NCBI GenBank assembly: GCA_020724805.1
Contig: DYGI01000001.1
Span: 111,157-175,156 of the forward strand
Source: Candidatus Microgenomatus sp.
GTDB lineage: Bacteria > Patescibacteriota > Minisyncoccia > UBA6257 > GWB1-50-10
Direction of reading: 5' to 3'
DNA: 64,000 nt
Positions 29,291-38,804 of this stretch are shown in pieces (position 1 is the stretch's first letter; each line of letters starts with the position of its first letter). The notes under the pieces are model-generated. The model was not told where the DNA came from, made no database searches, and worked only from the letters and a program-made list of their open reading frames with translations. Both the position numbers and the translations under genes were made by a program.

Positions 29291-29313
29291 GAGATACCTA
29301 TATTGTAGCGCAT

Positions 29314-29342
29314 TTGACTTTTCTAATATTTAGTGATATAAT
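29314..29342 (+). promoter_or_regulatory. near-consensus sigma70-type promoter
   Basis: TTGACT (29314-29319), 17-nt spacer, TATAAT (29337-29342); AAGGAG SD 7 nt before the 29373 ATG. Confidence 0.5.
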
Positions 29343-29372
29343 GAAACCAGAACAATACCAAGGAGCTCAGTC

Positions 29373-29822
29373 ATGAAAAAGCTTATGCTTTTCCTCGCGT
29401 TCGCGGGAATTGGTCTCGGTTCAAGCGGATGCTTTCCGCAGGTTTCCGAGTTCGTTCTGTATGGTCCCTGTGAGGACATGGCGTTTTATGCCATGAACGG
29501 AACGCCCCACTATATCGAAGTGGCGGTGGAGAACGAAGTGTTGGGTCCCATCGCTCCCGGCGATGAAGTGGTGTTCTCCAAACGTTTCGCGGCGTTCCAA
29601 AATCTGAACAAGGGCTTTGCGCTCAGAGCCAGCGTGGTTCCATTCAATCCGAACATCAGGTCCGCGACGGACGAGTGGCGGTTTACAAACAACGGGAATC
29701 GCTATTTCCGTTCATCAGGTTCCACCCCTCGAGTTGCCAAGAATGCGGTCGTGCGAGCGGTAGTTGAACTTACGAGCACGAACCCGAAGGCCCGCACGAA
29801 CCAGTTGAGATTCCGGTTCTGA
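29373..29822 (+). CDS. small secreted/lipoprotein-like hypothetical protein
   Basis: 149 aa; signal peptide MKKLMLFLAFAGIGLGSSGC with Cys after the hydrophobic core; strong promoter and RBS upstream. Confidence 0.45.
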   Translation: MKKLMLFLAFAGIGLGSSGCFPQVSEFVLYGPCEDMAFYAMNGTPHYIEVAVENEVLGPIAPGDEVVFSKRFAAFQNLNKGFALRASVVPFNPNIRSATDEWRFTNNGNRYFRSSGSTPRVAKNAVVRAVVELTSTNPKARTNQLRFRF

Positions 29823-29903
29823 GGGAGGGCGCCGAAGGGCAATCAGTGGCCCATTTCGATACATGTCGGAATGGGCCATTTCTTTTTCTATAATGAAACC
29901 ATC

Positions 29904-30761
29904 ATGGTCATCGCACTCTTTGGAGCCGATTCCTACCGTCGCAGCGAAAAAGCAAAAGAGCTCGTGGCGGCATATCGCGCGAAATATGAACACGCGGACC
30001 TTTTTTCGGTGGATTTGGAGGACGATATGGAGGGCTGGAATAGTGCGAAGGATTTTCTTCGCCAACCATCCATGTTCGTGGATTCCAAAGTGCTTCTCGT
30101 GCGCGAGCCGGCTTCGGTGACTGAAAAGGAGTGGGAAGAAGCGCTGCGCGAATCGGTTCGCGCGAAAGGGGTGGTAGTCCTTCTCTCCTCGAAAGAGAAT
30201 CCTGCGGACGCATTCCCGTTTCTCGGCGAGAAAGGGGTGGAGAGGCAGGAATTCGCGGAACTTGAAGGACGGCTTCTTGAGGTATTCGTCCTTCGGGAAG
30301 CGAAAGCGCGAGGAATTACGTTCGCGCCCGATGCGCTCAGATTTTTCCTTGCCTATCTGAGTTCGCTTGAATTGCGGAGCGCGCGCGCTTCTGCGGAACT
30401 CGACCGCATATTACTTGCGAAGTTTGCGGCGCCGGTTACTCGCGCGGACATGGAGCTTCTCACCGCATGGCTTCCCGCCGAGGATATCTATCGGGGACTC
30501 GATTCTATCCACATGGGGAAAAGCCCCGGAGAGCGCCTTGTTGCCCTCGAGCGGCTTCTCGGCGGCTATGATGCCGCAAGGATTTTTAATACGCTCGCAT
30601 ACGCGGTGCATGGACCTTCCGCCCTGGCGCTTGCGGCATACGATATCGCGATAAAAAGCGGGCGGCTCGAATATGAAGAAGCGCTCGTCGATTTCTCAAT
30701 GAGTCCTTCGAACAGCTCAGGAGTTACCCGCGCGGAATTCTTTTTGCGAGACGTGATTTAA
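29904..30761 (+). CDS. holA: DNA polymerase III delta subunit (HolA)-like
   Basis: Start MVIALFGADSYRR resembles the HolA N-terminus; clamp-loader delta-like helical C-terminus; adjacent to rpsT as in many bacteria. Confidence 0.5.
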   Translation: MVIALFGADSYRRSEKAKELVAAYRAKYEHADLFSVDLEDDMEGWNSAKDFLRQPSMFVDSKVLLVREPASVTEKEWEEALRESVRAKGVVVLLSSKENPADAFPFLGEKGVERQEFAELEGRLLEVFVLREAKARGITFAPDALRFFLAYLSSLELRSARASAELDRILLAKFAAPVTRADMELLTAWLPAEDIYRGLDSIHMGKSPGERLVALERLLGGYDAARIFNTLAYAVHGPSALALAAYDIAIKSGRLEYEEALVDFSMSPSNSSGVTRAEFFLRDVI

Positions 30762-30984
30762 GGCGTCGCGCTTTCCCTTTTTTGATAAGCCCCACCTTCG
30801 CCATTTTATCGAGGGTTTGATATGCGCGGGAGAGCGCTGCGCGGGTTTCTGCCGCATCATTCCCTCCAGAGAGCTTTCGCGCGTGTTTTACCGCATCACG
30901 GAGGGCTGCTTTTCTCGCGAGATTTTTGGTGCGCCGCCGTGCGTTTTGGCGGAGCGCTTTTTCGGCTGATTTCGTTCGTGGCAT
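30724..30984 (-). CDS. rpsT: 30S ribosomal protein S20
   Basis: 86 aa, MPRTKSAEKALRQNARRR N-terminus, basic helical protein. Confidence 0.9.
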   Translation of the reverse strand: MPRTKSAEKALRQNARRRTKNLARKAALRDAVKHARKLSGGNDAAETRAALSRAYQTLDKMAKVGLIKKGKARRLKSRLAKRIPRG

Positions 30985-31036
30985 ACCGCACCATTAAAAA
31001 GGACGCGTCACGCAAAGTCAACTATAATGAAGCGGA

Positions 31037-31624
31037 ATGATACACGCGTTGAAAGGAACGTTGGTGTCGGCTCATGAGGGGCGCATCGTGGTGGATTGCC
31101 ACGGAGTTGGCTTTCTTCTCTATGTGAACGACCGTACGCGTCGTGCGCTTCCCGCGCCCGGCGCGGAAGTGTCGCTCTTTACTCACTTTTATCTTCGCGA
31201 AGAGCGTGCGGAACTTTATGGATTTATGGATGCGCAATCGCTCACACTTTTTGAACTTCTCGATTCGGTGGCAGGAGTGGGTCCGAAATCCGCACTTGCG
31301 GTTTTGGATGCGGAAACTCCCGAAAATCTTATGGCGGCCATCTTCGAAAAGCGCACGGACCTTCTCACAAAGACTCCTGGGATAGGGAAGAAGACCGCGG
31401 AACGTATCGTGCTCGAACTTTCCTCGAAAATAGTAGCGCCTGCCGCCCATGAACGTACTGCGGCGATGGATAGGGACCGCGAAGTTGAAGAGGTCTTAGT
31501 AAACCTTGGCTACGGGCGAGAGCGGGTGCGGAGCGTTCTTGGAGCGCTCCCTGCCGCGAAGGAGGCGAACTCCGAAACGCGCATCCGCGAAGCATTGAAG
31601 GCGCTTGCGAAACGTTCCTTATGA
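31037..31624 (+). CDS. ruvA: Holliday junction DNA helicase RuvA
   Basis: MIHALKGTL start, HhH motifs (VAGVGPKSALAVL, TPGIGKKTAERIV), 195 aa. Confidence 0.9.
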   Translation: MIHALKGTLVSAHEGRIVVDCHGVGFLLYVNDRTRRALPAPGAEVSLFTHFYLREERAELYGFMDAQSLTLFELLDSVAGVGPKSALAVLDAETPENLMAAIFEKRTDLLTKTPGIGKKTAERIVLELSSKIVAPAAHERTAAMDRDREVEEVLVNLGYGRERVRSVLGALPAAKEANSETRIREALKALAKRSL

Positions 31625-32811
31625 ATTGGCTCCGCGACCGCTACCATCTCGCGCGCGCATATCTTGCCGACCTCTGGTATCGGCATCCAAGCCGCGACCT
31701 TGTAGTGGTGGGGGTAACGGGGACCAAGGGAAAGTCCACTGTGGTGGAGCTGCTTGCGGCCATCTTTGATGCCGCAGGCGAAAAAACCGCGTTCCTCTCT
31801 TCCGCGAGGGTGAAGATGGGCGAACAAGTGGATTGGAATCGTACGGGGAACAGTATGCCGGGGCTCGGTGCACTCCAAAGATTTTTGCGTCAGGCGGCGC
31901 GCGCCGGGTGCCGTTACGCATTTTTGGAAGTCACTTCGCAAGGAGTGCTCCAGCATCGACACCGTTTTATAGAATGGGATGCCGCGGTGTTCACGAATCT
32001 TGCACCCGAACACATCGAAGCTCACGGTTCGTTCGAAGCCTATCGCGACGCGAAACTTTCTTTTTTCGAGAGTGCGGCCCGCTCGGCGAAGGCTGATCGT
32101 GTAGTGGTAGTGAATAAAGACGATCTCTCGGCCCATTTTTTCATTGAAGTGGCGGAGCGTGGCGGCGCGCGTGTGATCGAGGTTCCTGTACGTGCGCGCG
32201 GCGAGGAACTCCAACTTGCCGGGAAGTGGGTCAGTGTGCCTATGAATCTCGAAAATGCGGCGCTTGCCGCGGCATACGCGGAAGTGTGCAGCGTACCGCG
32301 TCACCTCATACGAAGCGCTCTCGATGCGTTTCAAGGCGTGCCGGGGCGCCTTGAATATATTCAAGAACGACCCTTTGCGGCGGTGGTGGATTACGCGCAT
32401 ACACCGGATTCGCTTGCGCGGGTGTATGAACATTTAAAAAATACGCACCATGGACACCTTGTCTGCGTGCTGGGCGCGGCGGGAGGAGGGCGCGATAAGT
32501 GGAAGCGTCCGGAAATGGGGAAAACGGCGGCGGAATTCTGCGATACAATCATTCTCACAAACGAAGACCCGTACAACGAAGATCCTGCTCAAATTCTCTC
32601 CGAGATAGAATCCGGGACATCCGGCTTTCGTGGTCCTATTTTTAAAATTGTGGAGCGACGTGAAGCGCTCGCAAAAGCGTTCGCGCTTGCGAAGCCGGGC
32701 GATGTGGTGGTGGCGACCGGAAAGGGGAGCGAGTCGTTCATACATTTTGCGAAAGGAAAAAAGAGCGCGTGGAGCGAGCGCGATGAAATGAAAAAACTTC
32801 TTAACATATGA
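31621..32811 (+). CDS. Mur ligase family protein (central + C-terminal domains only)
   Basis: P-loop VGVTGTKGKST and Mur ligase middle/C-terminal pattern; lacks the N-terminal UDP-binding domain; 396 aa. Confidence 0.6.
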   Translation: MNWLRDRYHLARAYLADLWYRHPSRDLVVVGVTGTKGKSTVVELLAAIFDAAGEKTAFLSSARVKMGEQVDWNRTGNSMPGLGALQRFLRQAARAGCRYAFLEVTSQGVLQHRHRFIEWDAAVFTNLAPEHIEAHGSFEAYRDAKLSFFESAARSAKADRVVVVNKDDLSAHFFIEVAERGGARVIEVPVRARGEELQLAGKWVSVPMNLENAALAAAYAEVCSVPRHLIRSALDAFQGVPGRLEYIQERPFAAVVDYAHTPDSLARVYEHLKNTHHGHLVCVLGAAGGGRDKWKRPEMGKTAAEFCDTIILTNEDPYNEDPAQILSEIESGTSGFRGPIFKIVERREALAKAFALAKPGDVVVATGKGSESFIHFAKGKKSAWSERDEMKKLLNI

Positions 32812-32932
32812 ATCCCGTTAGAGGCAACCGAGTTTCAGAAATATGATTTACCATATTAATAACACACCATCGAACTCAAAGGTCTTGCGGTATCATCACG
32901 GTCGCCTTGAGGCGACCTGCCTCTAACGGGAT
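32812..32932 (+). promoter_or_regulatory. structured leader or MITE-like element bounded by a 15-bp perfect inverted repeat
   Basis: ATCCCGTTAGAGGCA (32812-32826) and TGCCTCTAACGGGAT (32918-32932) are exact reverse complements; internal hairpins AATATG/CATATT and GGTCGCC-TTGA-GGCGACC; the 3' arm ends on the AT of the downstream ATG. Confidence 0.45.
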
Positions 32933-34289
32933 GAAGCTCACGTTTTATGGAGGCGCACAGTCGGTAACCGGCGCGGCGTATCTCCTTGAATCAGGAGGCG
33001 CAAAACTTCTTGTGGATTGCGGACTCGCGCAGGGGAGCCGCTATGCCGAGGCCGCGAACTGGGAGCCGTTTCCTTATAACCCCCGCGAACTCTCTGCGCT
33101 TGTGGTAACCCATGCGCATATCGACCATGTAGGGCGTATTCCTAAGTTGGTTAAGGAAGGGTATACGAGTCCTATCTATTCCACGCCCCCCACCCGCGAT
33201 TTTTCCGAAGCGCTTCTTTTGGATTCCGAGCATATCCTTGGTGAAGAGGCGGAAGAGAAGCGTAAAGAACCGCTCTATACCGCAGAAGATGTAGCGCAGA
33301 CCGTGCGCCAATGGCAGGGAGTCGGTTACCATGAGCCGTTTTCGGTAGGGCCCTTCACCGTGGAGATGTTCGATGCGGGACACATTCTCGGCTCCGCGTT
33401 CATAGTGATCAGTGTGGAAGGGAAAAAGATCGTATTCTCGGGGGATCTCGGGAATAGCCCTGCGCCATTCATACAACCACGCGAAGATCTTCCCGGAGAC
33501 GCCGATTTTGTGCTCGTGGAGTCGGTGTACGGAGGTCGCGTCCACGAGAATATCGATGCGCGGCGCGACACGCTCGAAAACCTTGTGGAAGATACGGTGA
33601 AACGCGGAGGGACGCTTATGATACCGGCGTTTGCGCTTGAACGCACACAGGAGCTGCTCTACGAGTTGAATACGCTCACTGAAGAAGGTCGCATCCCTCG
33701 CGTTCCCATTTTCATAGACAGCCCGCTCGCGATACGCCTTACCGCGGTGTACGAAAAATATTCGCGGAACCCGCTCTATTTCAACCGGGATGCAATCGAC
33801 GCGGCGAAGCGAGGGGATGCTATCTTCAAATTTCCCGGACTTGCCATGACGATGACGCGCGAGGAGTCGGACGCTATTGCGAACGTGCCTCCGCCTAAAG
33901 TAATCATTGCGGGTTCCGGAATGTCGCAGGGGGGGCGTATTCTTCGACACGAAATGCGCTATCTCCCCGATCCGAAAAACGCCATTTTCTTCGTGGGATA
34001 TCAAACGCGTGGTTCGTTGGGACGGCGCATCTTGGACGGTGAAGCGGAAGTGACCGTGAATCGGATGAAAATCCCCGTACGAGCGCACCCCTCGGTCATT
34101 TCCGGGTATTCGGCGCACGCCGACCAACCGCAACTTCTCGAATGGCTCTCGGGTGCGCGCGGCGGGATACGGAAAGCGTTCGTGGTGCAAGGAGAAGAGG
34201 AAGAAGCGAACGCGCTTATGCAGAAAATGCGGGATGAACTTGCAATCGTCACGCACATTCCCGCGCCGAACGAATCGGTAGTGTTATAA
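32931..34289 (+). CDS. MBL-fold beta-CASP ribonuclease (CPSF/RNase J-like)
   Basis: HxHxDH motif THAHIDHVG, beta-CASP motifs, C-terminal RNA-specificity domain; start set to ATG 32931 (MKLTFYGG) rather than the TTG used by the ORF track. Confidence 0.7.
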   Translation: MKLTFYGGAQSVTGAAYLLESGGAKLLVDCGLAQGSRYAEAANWEPFPYNPRELSALVVTHAHIDHVGRIPKLVKEGYTSPIYSTPPTRDFSEALLLDSEHILGEEAEEKRKEPLYTAEDVAQTVRQWQGVGYHEPFSVGPFTVEMFDAGHILGSAFIVISVEGKKIVFSGDLGNSPAPFIQPREDLPGDADFVLVESVYGGRVHENIDARRDTLENLVEDTVKRGGTLMIPAFALERTQELLYELNTLTEEGRIPRVPIFIDSPLAIRLTAVYEKYSRNPLYFNRDAIDAAKRGDAIFKFPGLAMTMTREESDAIANVPPPKVIIAGSGMSQGGRILRHEMRYLPDPKNAIFFVGYQTRGSLGRRILDGEAEVTVNRMKIPVRAHPSVISGYSAHADQPQLLEWLSGARGGIRKAFVVQGEEEEANALMQKMRDELAIVTHIPAPNESVVL

Positions 34290-34296
34290 TTTTTGC

Positions 34297-34920
34297 ATGA
34301 GAATAAAGAAAACAGTTCCCGAACGTAATCACGGGAATCATCGGCACAGCTTGAAGTACAAATTCTGCGTTTCGGGTGCCGCCGAAACGGGACATTGTCC
34401 GCCGGATGCGCTTGAACGTGCAGAGGAATTGGGGAAAGTCATCGCGGAGCACGGACTCGTGCTCATGACGGGCGCGACAACCGGCATTCCTTATTGGTCC
34501 GCAAAAGGAGCCAAGGCGGCGGGAGGAACGGTTATCGGGCTTTCGCCCGCGGCATCAAAAGTGGCACACGTAAAGACCTATCGCTTGCCTTTGGATTACC
34601 ACGATGTGGTGGTGTACACGGGATTCGAGTACTCGGGGAGAAACCTGCTTCTCACCCGCTCTTCGGATGCGGTCATTGTGGTCTGCGGACGTATCGGCAC
34701 TTTGAACGAATTCACCATCGCGTTCGAGGACCAGAAGCCCATAGGAGTGCTCGAAGGTTCGGGAGGCACCGCGGACCAGATACGCGACCTTCTTCTGAAA
34801 TCGCACCGGGGCATGGGCAAGGTGGTGTTTGCGAAGGACCCCGAAACGCTTGTTACGCGCCTTCTGGATCTCATAGAATCCGAGGAGGAAAAGTACGGAA
34901 TTAAAGGTCGAGTGTTCTAA
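34297..34920 (+). CDS. TIGR00725/LOG-like Rossmann-fold protein
   Basis: 207 aa; FCVSGAAETG and GGTADQIRD motifs resemble the SLOG/LOG (lysine-decarboxylase-like) nucleotide-binding fold. Confidence 0.45.
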   Translation: MRIKKTVPERNHGNHRHSLKYKFCVSGAAETGHCPPDALERAEELGKVIAEHGLVLMTGATTGIPYWSAKGAKAAGGTVIGLSPAASKVAHVKTYRLPLDYHDVVVYTGFEYSGRNLLLTRSSDAVIVVCGRIGTLNEFTIAFEDQKPIGVLEGSGGTADQIRDLLLKSHRGMGKVVFAKDPETLVTRLLDLIESEEEKYGIKGRVF

Positions 34921-34930
34921 ATTTATTACC

Positions 34931-35221
34931 ATGGGATTTTTTTCATCCCTCTTCTCGAAGAAAAATTCGGCGCCGGTCGGTAAACCTATCGGAGTGGTAA
35001 CCCATTACTATGGCGGTATCGGGGTTGCTATTGTGCGATTCTCGAAGAATGTCGCGGTGGGAGTAAAAGCGCGCTTCAAGGGAGCGACCACCGATTTCAC
35101 CGAAACCATAAAGTCCATGCAGTACGACCACGAGGACATTAGCGAGGCAAAGAAGGGTCAGGAGGTTGGCGTGAAAGTGGACGGAAAGGTCAGGGAAGGG
35201 GACGAGGTCTACGAGGCCTGA
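34931..35221 (+). CDS. small hypothetical protein
   Basis: 96 aa ORF with a good gap-free fit between neighbouring genes; no recognisable motif. Confidence 0.3.
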   Translation: MGFFSSLFSKKNSAPVGKPIGVVTHYYGGIGVAIVRFSKNVAVGVKARFKGATTDFTETIKSMQYDHEDISEAKKGQEVGVKVDGKVREGDEVYEA

Positions 35222-35228
35222 AGACGAT

Positions 35229-36335
35229 ATGAACGGACGGTTGATGCTCGCCGCGGGGACGCTCGCGGGAACAATCATCGGCGCCGGTGTTTTCGCGTTG
35301 CCGTACGTGGTGGGAAAAGTGGGAGCCGCGACCGGCCTTTTTTATTTGTGTGGCGCAGCGTTGGCATATTTCGTGGTACACCGGATGTACGCCGCGATAG
35401 TGGTGAAAAACGAAGGTGCGCATGATTATGCGGGTCTTGCGCGGATCTATTTGCCGCGCGTTCCCGCATTCATCGCATCGCTCATGGTGGTAGGTGAACT
35501 TGCCTTTGCGCTTGTGGTCTACCTCGCGCTTGCCCCCTCATTCCTTGCGCTGATCACGCCGTTCTCGCCGTTCGCGAACGCGATCCTTTTTTGGGCGCTC
35601 GGCTCGCTGTTCATATTCGCGAGCCTCATGTGGCAAGGTTTTGCCGAACTCGCGGGTACGCTTTTCATTGTGGGCATTGTGGGTGTGGTATTGGTGGCAG
35701 GAAACGGACTTCCGTTCACTGTTCCCGCGTTTCTCCCCCTTGATCTCCCCACCGCCTTTTTGCCGCTTGGCGCGCTTCTTTTCGCGTTCATGGGGAGGTC
35801 CGCCATTATTCCTGTGGTCGAAGAATGGCGAGCCGCGCGAGAAAAGTTCTCACTTTCCCGCGCCATTGCGCTCGGCACGCTTGTTCCGCTCCCGCTCTAC
35901 GCGGTGTTTGTATTTGCCATGCTTCGCCTCGCGCCTTCGGCGGCTCCCGAAGCATTGAATAGCATAGGCTTTCTTCCGGCGCCCATCCTTTTCTTGCTCG
36001 GGCTTATGGGATTTATCACGCTCTGGACCTCCTACTTCATGATCGGCGCTAACCTCAAAGGGGTGCTCCACTTAGACCTCAAGGTTCCGACATGGGGAGT
36101 AACGCTTTTTGTGCTCGCATTCCCGCTCGCGGTGTATTGTATCGGTTTTGACACCTTCTTTTCTGTCGTCACTTTCACCGGGAGCGTACTTCTTGCGCTT
36201 GATGGCATATTCGTCGTGTGGATGTGGCTTCGCGCATTCCCCGCCCATCGCTTTCGCGCGTTCGCGGCGCCGCTCGTCGCAATATTTTTCGCGGCGCTTG
36301 CATACGACCTCCTTTCCCGTACCGGTCTTTTATGA
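35229..36335 (+). CDS. amino-acid permease-like polytopic membrane protein
   Basis: 368 aa, ~11 TM; N-terminal GTIIGAGVFALP motif as in aromatic amino acid/APC-type transporters. Confidence 0.5.
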   Translation: MNGRLMLAAGTLAGTIIGAGVFALPYVVGKVGAATGLFYLCGAALAYFVVHRMYAAIVVKNEGAHDYAGLARIYLPRVPAFIASLMVVGELAFALVVYLALAPSFLALITPFSPFANAILFWALGSLFIFASLMWQGFAELAGTLFIVGIVGVVLVAGNGLPFTVPAFLPLDLPTAFLPLGALLFAFMGRSAIIPVVEEWRAAREKFSLSRAIALGTLVPLPLYAVFVFAMLRLAPSAAPEALNSIGFLPAPILFLLGLMGFITLWTSYFMIGANLKGVLHLDLKVPTWGVTLFVLAFPLAVYCIGFDTFFSVVTFTGSVLLALDGIFVVWMWLRAFPAHRFRAFAAPLVAIFFAALAYDLLSRTGLL

Positions 36336-37705
36336 GTGATACGTTCCGCACTCAATGGCTTCGCGTAGCGCTTCTCGCGCTCGCATTTTCCATTCCTTTG
36401 GGGACCAAGAAATTCCTTTTTTCGTTCACCACCCCATTTTCCAATTTTTATACTTCGGAATACACCGCCGCATTCCTTTTTGCCGTTGACGCCCTTCTTA
36501 TTCTCGGGGTCGCGGGTTCCTTTTTCATGTTTCCGAAGCTTCGCGATGCAATGCGCGACACGCGCGCCCCTTTTCTCGCACTTTCCGCATTGCTTTTACT
36601 CTCAGCACTTTCACTGTGGTTCGCACCGTATCTTAGCTTCGGTGTGTACGCATTCACGCGGCTTTTCGGCGCGGTGATCGTAGGCGTCCTTATGTGGATT
36701 GGGATACGGAACGGCGCGGTGACGCCGAGAGAACCTATGGGAGCGCTTGGGACATCCGCAGCGCTTCAGGCCGTCATCGCGCTTTTCCAATTCGGATTGC
36801 AGAAAAGCGTGGGGTTGTGGTGGCTCGGTGAAACCGTCGCATTGGGACCCGAAACGCCGGGTATCGCGAATGTGATAGCGAACGGGGTGCCGTTCCTTCG
36901 TGCGTACGGCACGCTTCCGCACGCGAACATTCTTGCGGGATTCCTGGTGCTCGGCGTGCTCGCGCTCTCGTATCTTTTCCTTACCAGCGAGCGAATGAAG
37001 GCGCGGTACATGGCGGCGACAGGACTCGTGCTTGTTGTGGGCGGACTCGTAGTTACCTTTTCGCGTTCAGGTTGGATCGTCGCAGCGTGTGCGCTCGCAC
37101 TGTTCGCCCTCGCGCTCTATGGGCGCGGCATTACGTTCTGGAGAACAGTTTCTTGGGTGCTCATAATGGCGTGCGCGGCTGCGATGTTCCTCGCGTCGCT
37201 TTGGTTTGTGGTAATGCCGCGCGCGGATTTGAATGTCGATGAATCTCCGGTGCGCGATCGGTGGGTAATGAACGAGATGGGACTCGCGCTCATCGCGGAG
37301 CGCCCGGAGGGAGTGGGGATTGGAAACCAGCTTTTTGTCTCATATGACGAGGGAGCATTCCACAAGTTCGGTCTTACCGCGCGTGGTCAATGGCAGCCCA
37401 TACATAACATCTACCTTCTTATCGCGGCCGAAACGGGCGTACTAGGGCTCGTTGCGTTCCTTGCGTGCATCGGCGTTGCGATATTTTGGGGGCGTCGCCG
37501 CTTCGGGGAGTGGAGTATGGAGATGCGGACCGTGGTGGTAATGCTTTTATCTCTTCTTCTTTTCGGCCTTTTTGACCACTTCCTTTGGGATCTCCACGCC
37601 GGCCGGTTGATGTTGTGGGTGGTTTTGGGGATACTACTGGGGTTAGGTTCGCTTCGCTTGCCTCGTATGGACGACGCCATACGAGCGCATCGTTCGACGG
37701 TATAA
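36332..37705 (+). CDS. O-antigen ligase/polymerase (Wzy_C) family membrane protein
   Basis: ~12 TM with a periplasmic loop carrying TFSRSGW (conserved O-antigen ligase motif); ATGA overlap with the upstream permease. Confidence 0.65.
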   Translation: MSDTFRTQWLRVALLALAFSIPLGTKKFLFSFTTPFSNFYTSEYTAAFLFAVDALLILGVAGSFFMFPKLRDAMRDTRAPFLALSALLLLSALSLWFAPYLSFGVYAFTRLFGAVIVGVLMWIGIRNGAVTPREPMGALGTSAALQAVIALFQFGLQKSVGLWWLGETVALGPETPGIANVIANGVPFLRAYGTLPHANILAGFLVLGVLALSYLFLTSERMKARYMAATGLVLVVGGLVVTFSRSGWIVAACALALFALALYGRGITFWRTVSWVLIMACAAAMFLASLWFVVMPRADLNVDESPVRDRWVMNEMGLALIAERPEGVGIGNQLFVSYDEGAFHKFGLTARGQWQPIHNIYLLIAAETGVLGLVAFLACIGVAIFWGRRRFGEWSMEMRTVVVMLLSLLLFGLFDHFLWDLHAGRLMLWVVLGILLGLGSLRLPRMDDAIRAHRSTV

Positions 37706-37733
37706 TGCGTATGCGTATTCTCCCGTCTCATTC

Positions 37734-37805
37734 GCCCTCGTCGTTCAATGGATAGGATATCTCCCTCCGAAGGAGGAGATGCTGGTTCGATTCCAGCCGA
37801 GGGCA
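37734..37805 (+). tRNA. tRNA-Arg (anticodon CCG)
   Basis: Manual fold: acceptor GCCCTCG/CGAGGGC, anticodon stem TCTCC/GGAGG with loop CTCCGAA, T-arm GCTGG-TTCGATT-CCAGC; CCA not encoded. Confidence 0.75.
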
Positions 37806-37809
37806 CACA

Positions 37810-38436
37810 ATGGGGAAAATAGAAGAACTCCGCGCGCTTCAAGCGGAAATGGAAGAAGACAAAAAACTCCCCCTTCGGAGCGCGAATCTCGTGTTCGGCG
37901 AAGGGAGTCCTGATGCGGCCGTCTGTTTCATCGGCGAGGCGCCGGGCCTCACCGAAGACCAGCTGAAGCGCCCTTTTGTGGGGCGTGCAGGCCAGCTCCT
38001 CAATAAGCTCATTGAAGGGGTCGGATGGAAGCGCGAAGAGGTTTACATTACGAACATTGTGAAGCGGCGTCCTCCCGAGAATCGCGACCCGCTTCCCGAG
38101 GAAATAGAGGCATATCGGCCGTATCTCGCACGCCAAATCGCGATATTGAAACCCAAGATCATCGCGCCCCTTGGCCGCTTTTCCATGAACTATTTCCTTC
38201 CCGAAGCGAAAATAACGCGTGACCAAGGGAAATTGTTCCGCGTGGGAGACCATCTTGTATATCCGCTCTTCCATCCCGCCGCCGCTCTGAGGGGTACCGG
38301 CACCATGAACGCGCTCACCGAAAGCTTCCGGCGACTCCCCGATATTGTGAAACGGTATGAAGAACTTTTTGCAAAAGGAGCCGCCGCGCCTTCCAGTAAA
38401 GAAAATTTCTCTCAAACTTCGCTCTTCTCCTCGTAG
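37810..38436 (+). CDS. uracil-DNA glycosylase, family 4
   Basis: GEAPG motif (FIGEAPG) and FVGRAGQLL as in family-4/UdgA-type UDGs; 208 aa. Confidence 0.8.
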   Translation: MGKIEELRALQAEMEEDKKLPLRSANLVFGEGSPDAAVCFIGEAPGLTEDQLKRPFVGRAGQLLNKLIEGVGWKREEVYITNIVKRRPPENRDPLPEEIEAYRPYLARQIAILKPKIIAPLGRFSMNYFLPEAKITRDQGKLFRVGDHLVYPLFHPAAALRGTGTMNALTESFRRLPDIVKRYEELFAKGAAAPSSKENFSQTSLFSS

Positions 38437-38444
38437 CGGGTATA

Positions 38445-38804
38445 ATGACGGGGATGGGCGCGGCACTTCTCTACATTGCCCGCCGTGCAGCGTATCGACT
38501 GGCGGAATTTTTCCGCCACTGGTACGTAAAGAGCGCGAAGATCTATTTTAACTTTGCGCTCGAGCGGCTTGAGCGGCTCGATTATTTCTTCGCGTGGCGC
38601 ATCACGGCACGGCATCTTTTTCATCCGCTCTATCGCGATTATTCGGTGGTCGGATATGTGCTCGGGTTTCTTTTCCGCAGCGTGCGACTTGCGCTTGCGA
38701 GCGCGGTGTACGCGGTTCTTTTTGCGATCGTAATAGGAGGATATGTCGTGTGGCTCCTTTTTCTGCCGCTTCTTCTCGTGGTGGCGTTCGCCCCTTCGCT
38801 ATGA
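38445..38804 (+). CDS. small membrane protein
   Basis: 119 aa, 2-3 TM; ATGA overlap with the clp start. Confidence 0.3.
   Translation: MTGMGAALLYIARRAAYRLAEFFRHWYVKSAKIYFNFALERLERLDYFFAWRITARHLFHPLYRDYSVVGYVLGFLFRSVRLALASAVYAVLFAIVIGGYVVWLLFLPLLLVVAFAPSL

Noticed and set aside
32991-34256. 421-aa minus-strand ORF
   Set aside because: Antisense to the beta-CASP RNase, whose MBL motifs are unambiguous on the plus strand; the high-GC genome yields long spurious antisense ORFs
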